A stretch of DNA of 51,038 bases from a virus (taxonomy: Duplodnaviria > Heunggongvirae > Uroviricota > Caudoviricetes), in the IMG/VR virus record IMGVR_UViG_2778261009_000008, positions 1-51,038 of that record; one strand, 5' to 3'. Positions 1 through 10,132 of this stretch are shown in pieces. The notes beneath the pieces are model-generated. The model did no database searches and had not been told where the DNA came from. It worked only from the letters and a program-made list of their open reading frames with translations. The position numbers and the translations under genes were made by a program. The stretch's first letter is position 1. Each line of letters opens with the position of its first letter.

Positions 1-1131
1 TCAAATGACCAGTTTTTTCCATTCCTTACCGCGTGCGTCGTTGTAAATATCGGTCATTTTTTGATTCGAATGGCCCAGCAAAATTTTGGTATCAATTCCC
101 TGTTCTCTGAACAATCGTTCTGATAAAGATCTCTGCTCATGGAAAGAGGGTGGGGTGCCATTAGCACGCCAGTTGTAATCCACAGAATCCCGGGCTTTTT
201 TAAATGCAACGGTTAACGTTGCTGGCTTAACCATCCCGCCGCGCTTAGCTGTCCCTTTAGCATGATGGTGGTGCAATAGCCACGGACTAAGAACGCAATC
301 GCGACAGGATGACACCACATCATCCAGGGTGAGATTTAATTTATCGCAACGCAGAGCCAGAGGGATGGCAATCCGGGTTCCTGTTTTTTGCTGTTCGACA
401 TGAAGATAACCATCCCTGATATCCGAAAATTTCATTTTGCAAATATCTGAAAGGCGCTGGCCTGTCATCAGTGCCAGCAGCATACCACGCTGTAAAAAGT
501 AACCATCCTTTTCCGCTGCATTATAAATCATCATCCACTCATCAAAGGTCAGTCGTTGCCGTGATATCCGTACCTGTGGTTTTTTTGCCGATTCTGCAGG
601 GTTAAAGCCTAGCGGGACATCGCCCGTTTGCTGGGCCTCCCGGAAAACATCGATCAGTACTTTCCTGAAAATTTGTCCCATTCTGTTATGTCCTTTTGCC
701 TTGTAATCTTCCAGCACCGATACCACATCTTTTACGGTTATGGCATCTAATGGTCTGGTACCAAAACGTTCATCAAATACTCTGAGAGGGGATGCTTTCT
801 GTTTCAGTGTGTTGAGTTTGATCTCTCCGTTTTCATATCTTTCCTGTTGAATTTTTCGGTAACTATTCAGAAAAGCAGAAACGGTTGATGGACTACCGGT
901 ATCACTAATAATTTTCTCCTGCAGACTGAGCATTTGTTCCATTTGTTGCCTGGCAAGACGGCTGTTCGCTTCTGCTGCAAGAGCTTCTGCCTGTTTCTGG
1001 TCAATACTGCCGAGTCCGTGATTTTTTCCTGTTATGGGATGCCTGTAACGCCAGTAAACTTTGTTATTTCTTTTGTCAAAATACGGAGATAATCCCGGAA
1101 CTTCAGTTTTATATTTTCGTGGGCGCGCCAT
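1..1131 (-). CDS. int: Phage tyrosine integrase (lambda Int family)
   Basis: 376 aa ORF ending at window edge; N-terminal arm-binding-like region and C-terminal catalytic domain (…HDARG…Y) typical of lambdoid integrases; followed by an xis-like gene. Confidence 0.9.
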   Translation of the reverse strand: MARPRKYKTEVPGLSPYFDKRNNKVYWRYRHPITGKNHGLGSIDQKQAEALAAEANSRLARQQMEQMLSLQEKIISDTGSPSTVSAFLNSYRKIQQERYENGEIKLNTLKQKASPLRVFDERFGTRPLDAITVKDVVSVLEDYKAKGHNRMGQIFRKVLIDVFREAQQTGDVPLGFNPAESAKKPQVRISRQRLTFDEWMMIYNAAEKDGYFLQRGMLLALMTGQRLSDICKMKFSDIRDGYLHVEQQKTGTRIAIPLALRCDKLNLTLDDVVSSCRDCVLSPWLLHHHHAKGTAKRGGMVKPATLTVAFKKARDSVDYNWRANGTPPSFHEQRSLSERLFREQGIDTKILLGHSNQKMTDIYNDARGKEWKKLVI

Positions 1132-1357
1132 CTTCCAGTATCCTCTTCAAAGCAGGGTGATCTGTGGCGATCACTTCCGGCTTGTTTACCATTCCGACAA
1201 AGCGAGCTCGAGGATCCACTCGCCAGTGTCTTCCAACTTTTTTGGGGAGAGGAAATATCATTCCGGCTTTAGCGTATTTACTTAACGTGCCCGGAGTCGG
1301 GACCGGGTCACTGAATTCCTCTTTTGCCCACTCAGTGAGAAGAATAAGTCTTGCCAT
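1109..1357 (-). CDS. xis: Excisionase (Xis-like DNA-binding protein)
   Basis: 82 aa ORF immediately upstream of and overlapping the int start; small basic winged-helix-like protein in the canonical xis position. Confidence 0.7.
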   Translation of the reverse strand: MARLILLTEWAKEEFSDPVPTPGTLSKYAKAGMIFPLPKKVGRHWRVDPRARFVGMVNKPEVIATDHPALKRILEDGAPTKI

Positions 1358-1421
1358 GAGAGTTGTTCGCTAATCATGGTCGCCGCCACTATAGCTTGCG
1401 GGCGACGACCGGGGTTGAACA

Positions 1422-3893
1422 TTAAAAATCAGCCTGACTCGGGATCAGTTTTTGCCAGATGGCTGAAACGTATTTTGCCTGGTAACGCGCATCGTGCAGC
1501 GCGTTATGGCGTTCACCTTCGAATGGAATAGTCGTTCTTGCGTCGAAATCCATCACCAGTCCCAGAGCAACCATCGTTCTTACATCGCGATCATTGGTGT
1601 AACGCCACGGGCAGGGGATCCCCTGCCGTTCATATGAACGGCGTAAAATCACGTTGTCGAAAGTTGCACCGTTACCCCAGACCTGAACAAAAAATTCACC
1701 GGAGTTTTCGTCGATAAATTCCCGGAATTGCAGCAGTGCATCATCCAACGGGATTTCATCGGTCAGAATGGCGGATTGTGCTTCGCGTGACTGTTTCAGC
1801 CACCACTTAATGGTGTCCCGATCGATGACCCCGCCTGCGGTTTCCAGATCGATAGTTTTGCTGAATTCTGGCCCCATCTCTCCGGTTGCCGGATCAAAAA
1901 ACTTACCGGCTATAGCGTTTATTGGCGCATCAGGATTTTTTCCCATTGTTTCAAGGTTAATCATCAGATGGTGCCACAACCTGCTGGTGGATGTGGTTTC
2001 ATGATGACCGTTCACTTTAATTAAGGGATTTGCTGTTTCGCCAGTTTTATTATCGCTGGCGTGATACTGATCGCTGACAGTGTTCTCCTTGTGCAGATGT
2101 TCAGTGCCTTCCATTTCCTCCGGATCATTTTCCTGAGCTTCAGCCTGATTCTCTTCATCGAATGTTTCCTGGTAGGTTGCGTTCCCCATCACCGCACCAC
2201 AGTCAGGACAGTTGCCGCCACCGGTCTGACCGCATGCGGTGCAAACTTTTTCCAGTTCCTGTTGCACTGCTGGTTCTGGTTGTTGTTCTTCTGGCCCGTT
2301 TTGTTGCGTATCCGGGCTGTTTTGTTCCGCTTCTGGCTCATTTTGTTTCACGTTGGGCTGATTCTGGTCCTCAGCGTCGCGACTCTGGATCCCTTTCACC
2401 CATTTCGGATCATCCGGGTCGCTAATCCCTTCAACAAATTCACCACGTGATGCAGCAAGCAATTTATCGGCGTCAGGCTGGCTGATATTGGCTGCCTGCA
2501 TCATTTTGTTTACTTCGTCAGCGGTAACTTTTACCGGCTCTGGTTGTTCGGAATCTTCAGTGCTATCCACATTTTGCGGTAAGCCCGTGTATGTGCCATT
2601 TTTTCGGGCAAAATATTCTTCTTTTGAGATTTCGGTACCGCCGGCAGCCAGCGCCCTGTCCAGACCAGAAAGTTTGTTTGCCCTGCCGTATTTTTCCCCG
2701 CCCTTATCGGTAAAGACGAAATAAAATGGTCCTTCACGCTCTACAGATGGTTCAGCTTCCACCAGGATTTCATTTTTTTGAGTATCGGATTCTGCCGTCT
2801 CCACTGGAGCAGTTTGTGCTGCTGGTGACTGGAGAGCATCAGCAGAGCTCTGGTCTGTTTCTTCATGTTCAAACACGCCCTTTGTCGTCAGGTATTCGCT
2901 GATATATTTGTTCAGTGCAACGGGATCTTTGTGAATATCGATCGGACGTTCGCGAACAAGGCCAAAAATAGTCTGATGGTCATAGGCAAGTGCTTCGGGC
3001 TGTTTGCGCATTGATGCTGAGATACGCTTCCAGTCTTCGCGATCCTTGTCGATAACCTCATTTGTCGCCCAGCGATGGATGGTACCGTCAATGTTTCCTG
3101 CATCCACATCACCGGGCCAGAGGGCGCAGGCCAGTTCATTGTCGAGTGTTTTCCATGTCTGTTTGTATTCGCGGCGAACGGCAACAGTGACAGCCCCGGT
3201 TTTTTCAGCAGCGTTTTCAGTGTTCTGTTGGTTTACTCTGGAACGGGCGATATCAACGACAGATATGTATTTCCCGGTTTCCTTGCGTTCACTTTCGCGA
3301 CGTTTTTTCCAGATGCGCATCTCTGCCTGAATTTCGGGCCATTTAGCAGCAGGTTTACATTTATGCTTAACCCACCCGATGGCATGCAGCTTAAGCTCCG
3401 GATACATGGCGTTAACTTCTGGCATCTTCATCAACGCTTCAACGATATGGCCGTCGAATGTTGCCATGTCTTCCTGCAACAATTCCTGAGCGCTAATCAC
3501 CATATCAACAGTGATGTTTTCACATGCGTCGAACTTAACCATGACGGCGTTCTGTACTTCAGGGGCCAGATTGTCAAAAGTGACGTTCATCGGTTCGGAT
3601 TCGGGTTCGACCGGGACAAAGGACGCAGACTCCTCATCCCAGCGGTTTTCCTGCATATATTCGGTATCCCAGGAATCGAGGGCAGGGCGGGGTATACCGG
3701 GTTTATCCTCGCAGACAATAAATTTATAAGCGCAGTCCTGAGCTGCCGGGAATTGCTCCAGAAATTGCCAGTGAAATTTTGCGCGTGCGCGACGCTCATC
3801 ACCGGCTTCAATGGCAGTGGCCACCGCAACAGCGCTATCTTCTTCTATGGCCTGTTCGTCAGGAATAGCAGCGCAAATAAAGATTTTATTCAT
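1422..3893 (-). CDS. Early-left exonuclease (exodeoxyribonuclease VIII-like; C-terminal DnaQ/DEDDh-type 3'-5' exonuclease domain)
   Basis: 823 aa ORF; C-terminal motifs (…[12 protein letters not shown]…, …[13 protein letters not shown]…) resemble DEDDh exonucleases; central CxxC…CxxC zinc-ribbon-like motif (CTACG…CPDCG) and an acidic/Q-rich low-complexity linker; position equals the recombination gene slot of lambdoid phages. Confidence 0.75.
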   Translation of the reverse strand: MNKIFICAAIPDEQAIEEDSAVAVATAIEAGDERRARAKFHWQFLEQFPAAQDCAYKFIVCEDKPGIPRPALDSWDTEYMQENRWDEESASFVPVEPESEPMNVTFDNLAPEVQNAVMVKFDACENITVDMVISAQELLQEDMATFDGHIVEALMKMPEVNAMYPELKLHAIGWVKHKCKPAAKWPEIQAEMRIWKKRRESERKETGKYISVVDIARSRVNQQNTENAAEKTGAVTVAVRREYKQTWKTLDNELACALWPGDVDAGNIDGTIHRWATNEVIDKDREDWKRISASMRKQPEALAYDHQTIFGLVRERPIDIHKDPVALNKYISEYLTTKGVFEHEETDQSSADALQSPAAQTAPVETAESDTQKNEILVEAEPSVEREGPFYFVFTDKGGEKYGRANKLSGLDRALAAGGTEISKEEYFARKNGTYTGLPQNVDSTEDSEQPEPVKVTADEVNKMMQAANISQPDADKLLAASRGEFVEGISDPDDPKWVKGIQSRDAEDQNQPNVKQNEPEAEQNSPDTQQNGPEEQQPEPAVQQELEKVCTACGQTGGGNCPDCGAVMGNATYQETFDEENQAEAQENDPEEMEGTEHLHKENTVSDQYHASDNKTGETANPLIKVNGHHETTSTSRLWHHLMINLETMGKNPDAPINAIAGKFFDPATGEMGPEFSKTIDLETAGGVIDRDTIKWWLKQSREAQSAILTDEIPLDDALLQFREFIDENSGEFFVQVWGNGATFDNVILRRSYERQGIPCPWRYTNDRDVRTMVALGLVMDFDARTTIPFEGERHNALHDARYQAKYVSAIWQKLIPSQADF

Positions 3894-3988
3894 TGTGTTT
3901 TAACCTCATTACAGATTTCAGGGTGAACGAATCCCTGCCATTGCTGGCATTTTTAATCCGTTGGTATGGCGTTAATATGGCTGGCGGG

Positions 3989-4177
3989 TTATCCAGCCGG
4001 TGTTTCGTTATTCAGGTACAGCGATACTTTTTTTACCGGTAGGCATTCACCAGAAATTTTTTGCTCGTCTCTTGCCTGGAGGCAGGATTCTTTACTGGCA
4101 TAAATTCCGGTAATCACATTCTGTGATTCACCCGTTATAAGAAAAACCGTCATCACCAGTGCAAATGCTGAAGTCAT
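3989..4177 (-). CDS. Hypothetical small protein with N-terminal hydrophobic helix
   Basis: 62 aa ORF in the early-left region between exonuclease and repressor; N-terminal hydrophobic segment; no recognisable family. Confidence 0.3.
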   Translation of the reverse strand: MTSAFALVMTVFLITGESQNVITGIYASKESCLQARDEQKISGECLPVKKVSLYLNNETPAG

Positions 4178-4362
4178 TGACGTTCTCCGAAAATACCAAG
4201 TTTAATAAGGGCAATTCGGGAAAGAATGGAATTATCATTGAGCAGATAAGGCTCATATTTCCGCATATTAATGGCATCCTCAGTAAACGCTTTATTACTG
4301 AGCAGAACACCAATATCAAAACAACCTTCAGACGTATTAACGTTTGGTAATAACGTTTCCAT
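4174..4362 (-). CDS. Hypothetical small early-left protein
   Basis: 62 aa ORF abutting the previous one (kil/sieB-like position); composition AT-rich; weak support. Confidence 0.3.
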   Translation of the reverse strand: METLLPNVNTSEGCFDIGVLLSNKAFTEDAINMRKYEPYLLNDNSILSRIALIKLGIFGERQ

Positions 4363-4843
4363 TATCGCGTCCTCAACAATGAATTTTGTGATGCAGCGCC
4401 TGGTGCCTCCAGGTGACGTTAACCAGTTAACAATTAACGTCGGGTTAGTTGATGCTCGTTACGCCAGTAAAAGACCGCCTTACTGCTTTAACTGTTCCGC
4501 GTGCGCATAGCCGCATTCACAGCATCACAAAATTCACTTTAAAAAGGGCGGATATTCATTTCCGCCGAATCACCAGAAAAGTGATAACAGAGGTTGTTGT
4601 GGCTGGGGTGTCACTTAAGCGTATGGTCAACCTGACAACCCGGTGTCCTCAACGGGGGAAGGAATAACCCCGCCATACTTACCGCCGCGCCATTTCGCGG
4701 ATTGCCACAACCGGAAGCGCACGGTCGAAGAAATCTAACCTTATATGCAAAGGAATCTCGCCGTGCGCTTTCGTGTTATGCCCTGACTTTTCAGGGTAAA
4801 TTAACCTGTGGAAACCTGTTTTTACTGGCGCTAATCAGTTAGC

Positions 4844-4987
4844 GTTTCTGGCTAACCAGCGATGCGCGCCAGCTTCGGTTTTAAACGTTTTACTTTTGGT
4901 ATACGTCATCGCGGTAAACGTGCCGTCTTGGTTGGGGAATACTCCGCACACCAGAGATTCGTTGTTGCCAAGCTCGATAGTATCCAT
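4844..4987 (-). CDS. Hypothetical small protein (47 aa), first gene of the leftward early operon
   Basis: ORF below the 60-aa cutoff of the track, read by hand (MDTIELGNNESLVCGVFPNQDGTFTAMTYTKSKTFKTEAGAHRWLARNAN); lies downstream of candidate operator palindromes. Confidence 0.25.
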
Positions 4988-5172
4988 GTTGACCCCATTT
5001 ACCCTTAACGCCGGGTAGCGGAACTAAAAACCTGCTGCGCTGTTATACAAAGTGTTCCCGCCGTCATGTTCATACGCCTCGGGCTGGCTACTTAACCCCT
5101 GACCACTGCCGGGTAACTCGAGGTATTGCCCTGCATTCTGTGGGGCGGAGTGGGTTGGTATGAAAGGAAGTA

Positions 5173-5209
5173 TACCCACGGGTATCCAAAAAGTAAATAC
5201 CCATGGGTA
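5173..5209. promoter_or_regulatory. Pair of 12-bp palindromes (TACCCACGGGTA / TACCCATGGGTA), candidate left operator sites
   Basis: Two near-identical palindromes 25 bp apart, the second perfect, located just beyond the repressor gene 3' end and upstream of the leftward early genes. Confidence 0.35.
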
Positions 5210-5254
5210 ACTTTTTTTTCAGGCGTCTTAACTGGTGACTGGTTGTTTGGTGAG

Positions 5255-5716
5255 TTATGATGCGTTTTGTGCTTTCTTTTTACGGATTTCTTCGTAGATC
5301 ATATTGTAATACTGTTTTTTCTCTTCAAGAGTTTTTAATAAGTTATCCGCTTCACTTTCTGGCAGCTCGTCTAAGAGATCTAAAAAAATACGTTGTCGTG
5401 GCGTTAGAACCCTTGTTTCATAATTGGAGGCTGTGTTCGTTGATGATGAAACGATACCATCCATCCATCCTCGGGGTAACCCAAAGGACTCTTCGATAAT
5501 CTCCACCATATCATCAGCGATCCGTTTTTTTCCCTTTTTCCCCTCTGGGTACAACATTCTTGATACATAAGAAGGCTCGCGACCGATCTTTCTGGCTACG
5601 TTAACCGCTTTACCATCGCATTTCTCATCACGAATTTTGATGAGCTGCTGTCGTCTAAATTCATATTTGTCCATAGGTAAATAATAGATGTGATTACCGT
5701 AAGGTAAACAACCCAA
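5255..5716 (-). CDS. Prophage repressor (RacR-like)
   Basis: 153 aa ORF transcribed divergently from a Cro-like gene; resembles Rac-prophage-type repressors by recollection; predicted TTG start is doubtful, an internal Met (MDKYEF…) may be the real start. Confidence 0.7.
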   Translation of the reverse strand: MGCLPYGNHIYYLPMDKYEFRRQQLIKIRDEKCDGKAVNVARKIGREPSYVSRMLYPEGKKGKKRIADDMVEIIEESFGLPRGWMDGIVSSSTNTASNYETRVLTPRQRIFLDLLDELPESEADNLLKTLEEKKQYYNMIYEEIRKKKAQNAS

Positions 5717-5774
5717 AGGTATTGACTTTTGTTTACCTATAGGTATTCTTTGCTGTGTTTACTAAGGAGTAGCT
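5660..5774. promoter_or_regulatory. Divergent promoter/operator region of the immunity switch
   Basis: Intergenic region between the divergent repressor and Cro-like genes; inverted repeats ATAGGTAAA…TTTACCTAT and a TTGACT hexamer; SD AGGAG precedes the rightward gene. Confidence 0.45.
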
Positions 5775-6056
5775 ATGGAAGAATTAAGAATATTTCTCAA
5801 TTCTCTTTCGTCAGATGAACAGCGTATGTTTGCATGCGAGTGTGGTACCAGCATCGGTTATCTAAGAAAGGCATTGAGTAAAGGCCAAGTGTTAGGGGCA
5901 TCGTTATGTGTCCTTATTGAGCGAGCCAGTAATGGTGAAGTTACACGTCAGCAACTAAGGCCTTTTGATTGGATGAATATTTGGCCTGAGCTGGAAGATA
6001 CCAAAACGTTAACACAACCACTTTCTAGGAGCTTGATTCATGAAAATCAAGCATGA
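5775..6056 (+). CDS. Cro/YdaS-like HTH transcriptional regulator
   Basis: 93 aa ORF with good SD, divergent from the repressor; HTH-like segment (…GTSIGYLRKALSKGQ…). Confidence 0.7.
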   Translation: MEELRIFLNSLSSDEQRMFACECGTSIGYLRKALSKGQVLGASLCVLIERASNGEVTRQQLRPFDWMNIWPELEDTKTLTQPLSRSLIHENQA

Positions 6057-6465
6057 GCACATCCGCATGGCGATCAATGCCTGGGCCTATCCGGACGGTG
6101 AGAAAGTTCCTGCAGCTGAAATAGCCCGGACTTATTTCGAACTGGGGATGACATTCCCTGAACTGTACGACGACAGCCATCCGGAAGCCCTGGCCCGTAA
6201 TACACAGAAAATTTTCCGTTGGCTGGATAAAGACACCCCTGATGCTGTTGAAAAAATGCAGGCTCTGTTACCGGCGATCGAAAAGGCGATGCCGCCTTTG
6301 CTGGTGGCCCGTATGCGCAGCCACAGTTCTGAATATTACCGTGAGATCGTCGAACGGAGGGATCGGCTGGTGAAGGATGTCGATGATTTTGTTGCGTCAG
6401 CGGTTGTTTTGTATGACCAGATGAATCGCGGCGGCCCGGCAGGGAATGCTGTGGTGATGCACTAA
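6040..6465 (+). CDS. YdaT-like protein (CII-position regulator)
   Basis: 141 aa ORF starting MKIKHEHI…, overlapping the Cro-like stop; resembles YdaT-family proteins of Rac-like prophages. Confidence 0.65.
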   Translation: MKIKHEHIRMAINAWAYPDGEKVPAAEIARTYFELGMTFPELYDDSHPEALARNTQKIFRWLDKDTPDAVEKMQALLPAIEKAMPPLLVARMRSHSSEYYREIVERRDRLVKDVDDFVASAVVLYDQMNRGGPAGNAVVMH

Positions 6466-6487
6466 AAGCACGGTGTTCGGGGGGGTT

Positions 6488-7456
6488 ATGAGCAGCAAGC
6501 TTCATGGTCTTGTCTGGGAAGGGTGCGCCTTCACCGGCATGATCTTATCCAGGGTGGCGGTTATGGCCCGTCTTGCAGACTACAGCAATGACGAGGGCGT
6601 GTCATGGCCTGCCATTGAAACTATCCGGCGTCAGATCGGTGCAAGAAGTGAATCCACCGTTAAATCTGCTATTGCAGAACTGGCGAAAGAGGGCTGGCTG
6701 ACGAAGGAAGAGCGTAAGGTCGGTGGGCGTAACGTAAGCAATATCTATCGGCTTAATGTGGAAAAACTCGAAGCAGCTGCAACTGCGGCGCGTGAGGCAT
6801 ATAAACCGAAAAGAAAAATTAGCCCGGCAAAAAATGACCCGTTAACAGTTAACCCGTCAAATATTGCCCCCTCAACGGTTGACCCGTCAAATGTTGATGG
6901 ATCAACGGTTGATAAAAAACTGCGTATTAGGGGGGCGATGATTGACCCCGATCCGTCAGTATTAAAACCTGATCCGTCAGATAAAAGATCTTCTTGTCCG
7001 GACGTTTCACTGCCGGACGAAAAACGATCATCACCAGTTGAGCGATTTCTGGAGAAACACCCAGATGCGCATACCTGGAATGTACCGAAGCGACAGTGGG
7101 GTACCCGTGAGGATGTCGCCTGTGCGCAGTGGATTTGGGGACGGGTTGTGGCGTTGTATGAACAGGCCGCCAGTGATGATGGTGAGGTGTCACGCCCCAG
7201 AGAACCTAACTGGACGACCTGGGCGAATGATGTGCGCATGATGCGTATGCTGGATGGACGTAGTCACCGGCAGATTTGTGAAATGTTTGGGCGTGTCCAG
7301 CGGGATTCGTTCTGGGTAAAAAACATCATGAGTCCGGCAAAACTCAGGGAAAAATGGGATGAACTGGTTATCCGCCTGGGGCGTTCGCCCGCGCAGCGTT
7401 GCGTAAATCACATTTCTGAACCGGACACTGAAATACCGCCGGGATTCAGGGGGTGA
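6488..7456 (+). CDS. Replication initiation protein (lambda O-like)
   Basis: About 322 aa; N-terminal winged-helix-like domain, central repeat-encoding linker containing DNA iterons, C-terminal domain; followed by a DnaC-like gene. Confidence 0.75.
   Translation: MSSKLHGLVWEGCAFTGMILSRVAVMARLADYSNDEGVSWPAIETIRRQIGARSESTVKSAIAELAKEGWLTKEERKVGGRNVSNIYRLNVEKLEAAATAAREAYKPKRKISPAKNDPLTVNPSNIAPSTVDPSNVDGSTVDKKLRIRGAMIDPDPSVLKPDPSDKRSSCPDVSLPDEKRSSPVERFLEKHPDAHTWNVPKRQWGTREDVACAQWIWGRVVALYEQAASDDGEVSRPREPNWTTWANDVRMMRMLDGRSHRQICEMFGRVQRDSFWVKNIMSPAKLREKWDELVIRLGRSPAQRCVNHISEPDTEIPPGFRG
6836..6995. repeat. Iteron-like direct repeats inside the O-like gene followed by an A/T-rich tract (candidate replication origin)
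   Basis: CCCGTCAAAT(A/G)TTG x2, TCAACGGTTGA x2, CCCGTTAACAGTTAA, then GATAAAAAACTGCGTATTA and GATCCGTCAG x2; mirrors the lambda arrangement of ori within O. Confidence 0.5.
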
Positions 7457-7462
7457 TGTGGC

Positions 7463-8209
7463 ATGAAAAACATTGCGGCAGTTGGGGTTCTTGAATGTAT
7501 TCGCAGACTTGCACCACTGGGGGCGGTTCCACCGTACCGGACGGTGGAGGAGTGGCGGGAATGGCAACTTGCTGAAGGACGAAAACGCAGCGAGGAGATT
7601 AACCGCCAGAATCGCCAGTTGCGGGTGGAAAAAATCCTGAATCGTTCGGGCATCCAGCCTCTGCACAGCAAATGCTCGTTTGCAAATTATCAGGTGCAGA
7701 ACGACGGGCAAAAATACGCGCTGAGCTAGGCCAAATCCATAGCTGACGAACTGATGACCGGGTGCACGAATTTTGTGTTCAGCGGTAAAACCGGCACCGG
7801 GAAAAATCACCTTGCAGCGGCGATGGGCAACCGGCTGATGGTGAAGGGGCGCAGCGTGATTATCGTCACCGTGTCTGACGTCATGAGCGTGTTGCATGAC
7901 AGCTACGACAACGGCAAATCCGGGGAAAAATTTTTACAGGAGCTTTGCGGGGTTGATTTGCTGGTCCTGGATGAAATAGGCGTCCAGCGGGAGACGAAAA
8001 ACGAGCAGGTGGTATTGCACCAGATAATTGATCGCCGGACAGCATCACTGTGCAGTGTTGGGATGTTAACAAACCTGAATCATGCCGCAATGAGTACGCT
8101 TCTTGGTGAGAGGATTATGGACCGCATGACCATGAACGGTGGTCGATGGGTGACGTTTAACTGGGATAGCTGGCGTCCAAATGTCAGCAATATGAGGGTT
8201 GTGAAGTAA
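7463..8209 (+). pseudogene. DnaC-like helicase loader interrupted by an in-frame TAG (7727-7729)
   Basis: ORFs 7463-7729 and 7754-8209 are in the same frame and together align along the length of DnaC (…NRSGIQPLHSKCSFANYQ… then Walker A FSGKTGTGKNHLAAA, Walker B LLVLDEIG); the TAG sits where DnaC has a Lys codon. Confidence 0.65.
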
Positions 8210-8230
8210 TTTTGTCCGGAGGAAATTTTA

Positions 8231-8947
8231 ATGGAAACCGTATCTGACGCACTGAAAGCACTGAAAAAAGCCTCTTCACATGTGGTGGCTGCGCGCCTTG
8301 GAATCAGTCGTGAAGAGGCTGTCAACGAACTGTGGAAACTGAAACGCCGTGGTGAAGCGGATAACAGGGGGGCGATGTGGTGGCTGACTCAGGCTGGGGA
8401 AAGTGAATCTGTGATACAACCACCAAAAGTGACGGCGCAAATGCTGACAGAGGCGATTGAACAACATGGCCCACAAACGGCGGATGAGCTGGCATTGATG
8501 TTCGGAATTACCTCCCGCCGTGCGAATTCATCGCTGGCAATGGCAATCAGCAAAGGGCGTCTGATTCGCGTGAATCAGGGCGGTAAATTTCGTTACTGCA
8601 TGCCGGGCGATAATTTACCAGTAGAGCCGAAAGCCGCATCTGTAGCGGAAACGGATGGTAAAGCCCTTCCTCAGCCAGCAGGTGTTGCGTTACCAGTCCA
8701 GCAAACGACTACACAGGAAGATATTAAAACAGAAACTGTGGTGGACATTGTGCAGTCGTTGCCACTGTTCACCGAAACGCAAGCGGATGACCTGGTTTTA
8801 CCATCGCTGCATATGGCAAACCGCGAACTGCGTCGGGCGAAAAGTGATGTCCAGAAGTGGGAGCGAGTCTGTGCTGCGCTGCGGGAACTGAACAAACACA
8901 GGGATATTCTCCGGGATATTACCGCCACCAGAGAGCAGCAGCGGTGA
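8231..8947 (+). CDS. Hypothetical protein with N-terminal winged-helix-like domain
   Basis: 238 aa ORF with good SD (GGAGGAAATTTTAATG); no family recognised. Confidence 0.6.
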   Translation: METVSDALKALKKASSHVVAARLGISREEAVNELWKLKRRGEADNRGAMWWLTQAGESESVIQPPKVTAQMLTEAIEQHGPQTADELALMFGITSRRANSSLAMAISKGRLIRVNQGGKFRYCMPGDNLPVEPKAASVAETDGKALPQPAGVALPVQQTTTQEDIKTETVVDIVQSLPLFTETQADDLVLPSLHMANRELRRAKSDVQKWERVCAALRELNKHRDILRDITATREQQR

Positions 8948-9261
8948 GTGGCTGGAAGAAGTGGCGTTGGGCTGAAATCCTGATACTCCGGCAGTGTGCG
9001 GGAACGATGAGAGTCGAAAGCATCGGTTATCTGATTGGCCGTAGTGAGTCAGCCGTCAGGACGAAAGCGCGGGAACTGGGGATCAGCATGATGTTACGGG
9101 GTGATTATCACCAGTCAGCCAAATTCTCACAGCGTGATATTGAGCTGGCGCGGCAACTGCATCAGCGTGGCGTACCCCGACGGGAAATTGCCGAAAAGTT
9201 TGGGATGAAGTTGGGCGCAGTGAATAACTACGTTTATTTCGACAGGAGGCTTCAGGAGTGA
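8944..9261 (+). CDS. Hypothetical small HTH protein
   Basis: GTG start overlapping the preceding stop (GTGA); about 105 aa with HTH-like segments; translationally coupled. Confidence 0.45.
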   Translation: MSGWKKWRWAEILILRQCAGTMRVESIGYLIGRSESAVRTKARELGISMMLRGDYHQSAKFSQRDIELARQLHQRGVPRREIAEKFGMKLGAVNNYVYFDRRLQE

Positions 9262-9554
9262 GGATTTATATCGCCGGTCCGATGACGGGATATGAAAATT
9301 TTAACCGCGAGGCATTTCACAAGGCGGCAGAGGCGCTGAAACGGGAAGGGCATACCGTTTTAAATCCGGCTGTGCTTCCGGACGGGCTGACTCAGCCACA
9401 CTACATGGATATTTGCATGGCAATGCTCCGTTGCGTGGATGCGGTTTACATACTGAAAGGCTGGCAGCAGTCGGCAGGTGCAAGGACTGAGCTGGCACTG
9501 ACGGAGAAACTGGGTCATGCGGTTATTTTTCAGGAGGTGGTCAGTGAATATTGA
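9258..9554 (+). CDS. Nucleoside 2-deoxyribosyltransferase-like protein (DUF4406-like)
   Basis: 98 aa; N-terminal IYIAGPMTG and downstream SAGARTELALTEKLG resemble the NDT-fold signature with a catalytic Glu. Confidence 0.6.
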   Translation: MRIYIAGPMTGYENFNREAFHKAAEALKREGHTVLNPAVLPDGLTQPHYMDICMAMLRCVDAVYILKGWQQSAGARTELALTEKLGHAVIFQEVVSEY

Positions 9555-9814
9555 CCCGGCGATAACGATTGATACGGCCCTGAATACCGGCCTGGCACTT
9601 CTTGGTTATTTCTACATCATGTTCTGCAGCGGACGATGGATGTCACTGTTGTTCATGAAAAAATGGAATAAACGCCGTAGGCAGGATCAACGCCAGCAGG
9701 CAATGGATGCATTTTTCGAAGCCTTCGGGATTGACGGTATGGAACCAGGAGATCCAGCTCGCGCAATCAGCAGAGGGGGCGTAGTAATCCTTGTATATCG
9801 GAGTGAAGAGAAAA

Positions 9815-10132
9815 ATGACGATCACAAAACAACGTGTAGAAGAAATCATATCCCGCATTGGAATGTATGGACATGGTGCAGGGTATACCGCAGACGAGGT
9901 TAATGATCTGGCTGTACTGGCGCTGAATTTATCAAATATCGCGAACCTGAAGCGATACGAGCTTGATATGGGTGGTTGCGACTCGTGCGGTCAGGATTGT
10001 GGCGCTGATATGACTGAAGATCCTGATGGTGATTATGTCCTGTTTGATGACGTGGTTAAGTTGTTTGAATTTGATACAACCACTCAAAAGTTAGAAATCC
10101 CGGCAAAGGAGGCAGCCAGTGAGCAAGATTGA
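9815..10132 (+). CDS. Hypothetical acidic protein
   Basis: ORF 9791-10132; most plausible start MTITKQR at 9815 after a purine-rich SD; C-terminal Cys cluster CDSCGQDCG. Confidence 0.45.
   Translation: MTITKQRVEEIISRIGMYGHGAGYTADEVNDLAVLALNLSNIANLKRYELDMGGCDSCGQDCGADMTEDPDGDYVLFDDVVKLFEFDTTTQKLEIPAKEAASEQD

Noticed and set aside
9517-9903. 128-aa ORF overlapping the end of the NDT-like gene and the start of the next gene
   Set aside because: Its C-terminal half is low-complexity and overlaps a better-supported downstream ORF with an RBS; only the N-terminal hydrophobic part might be real.
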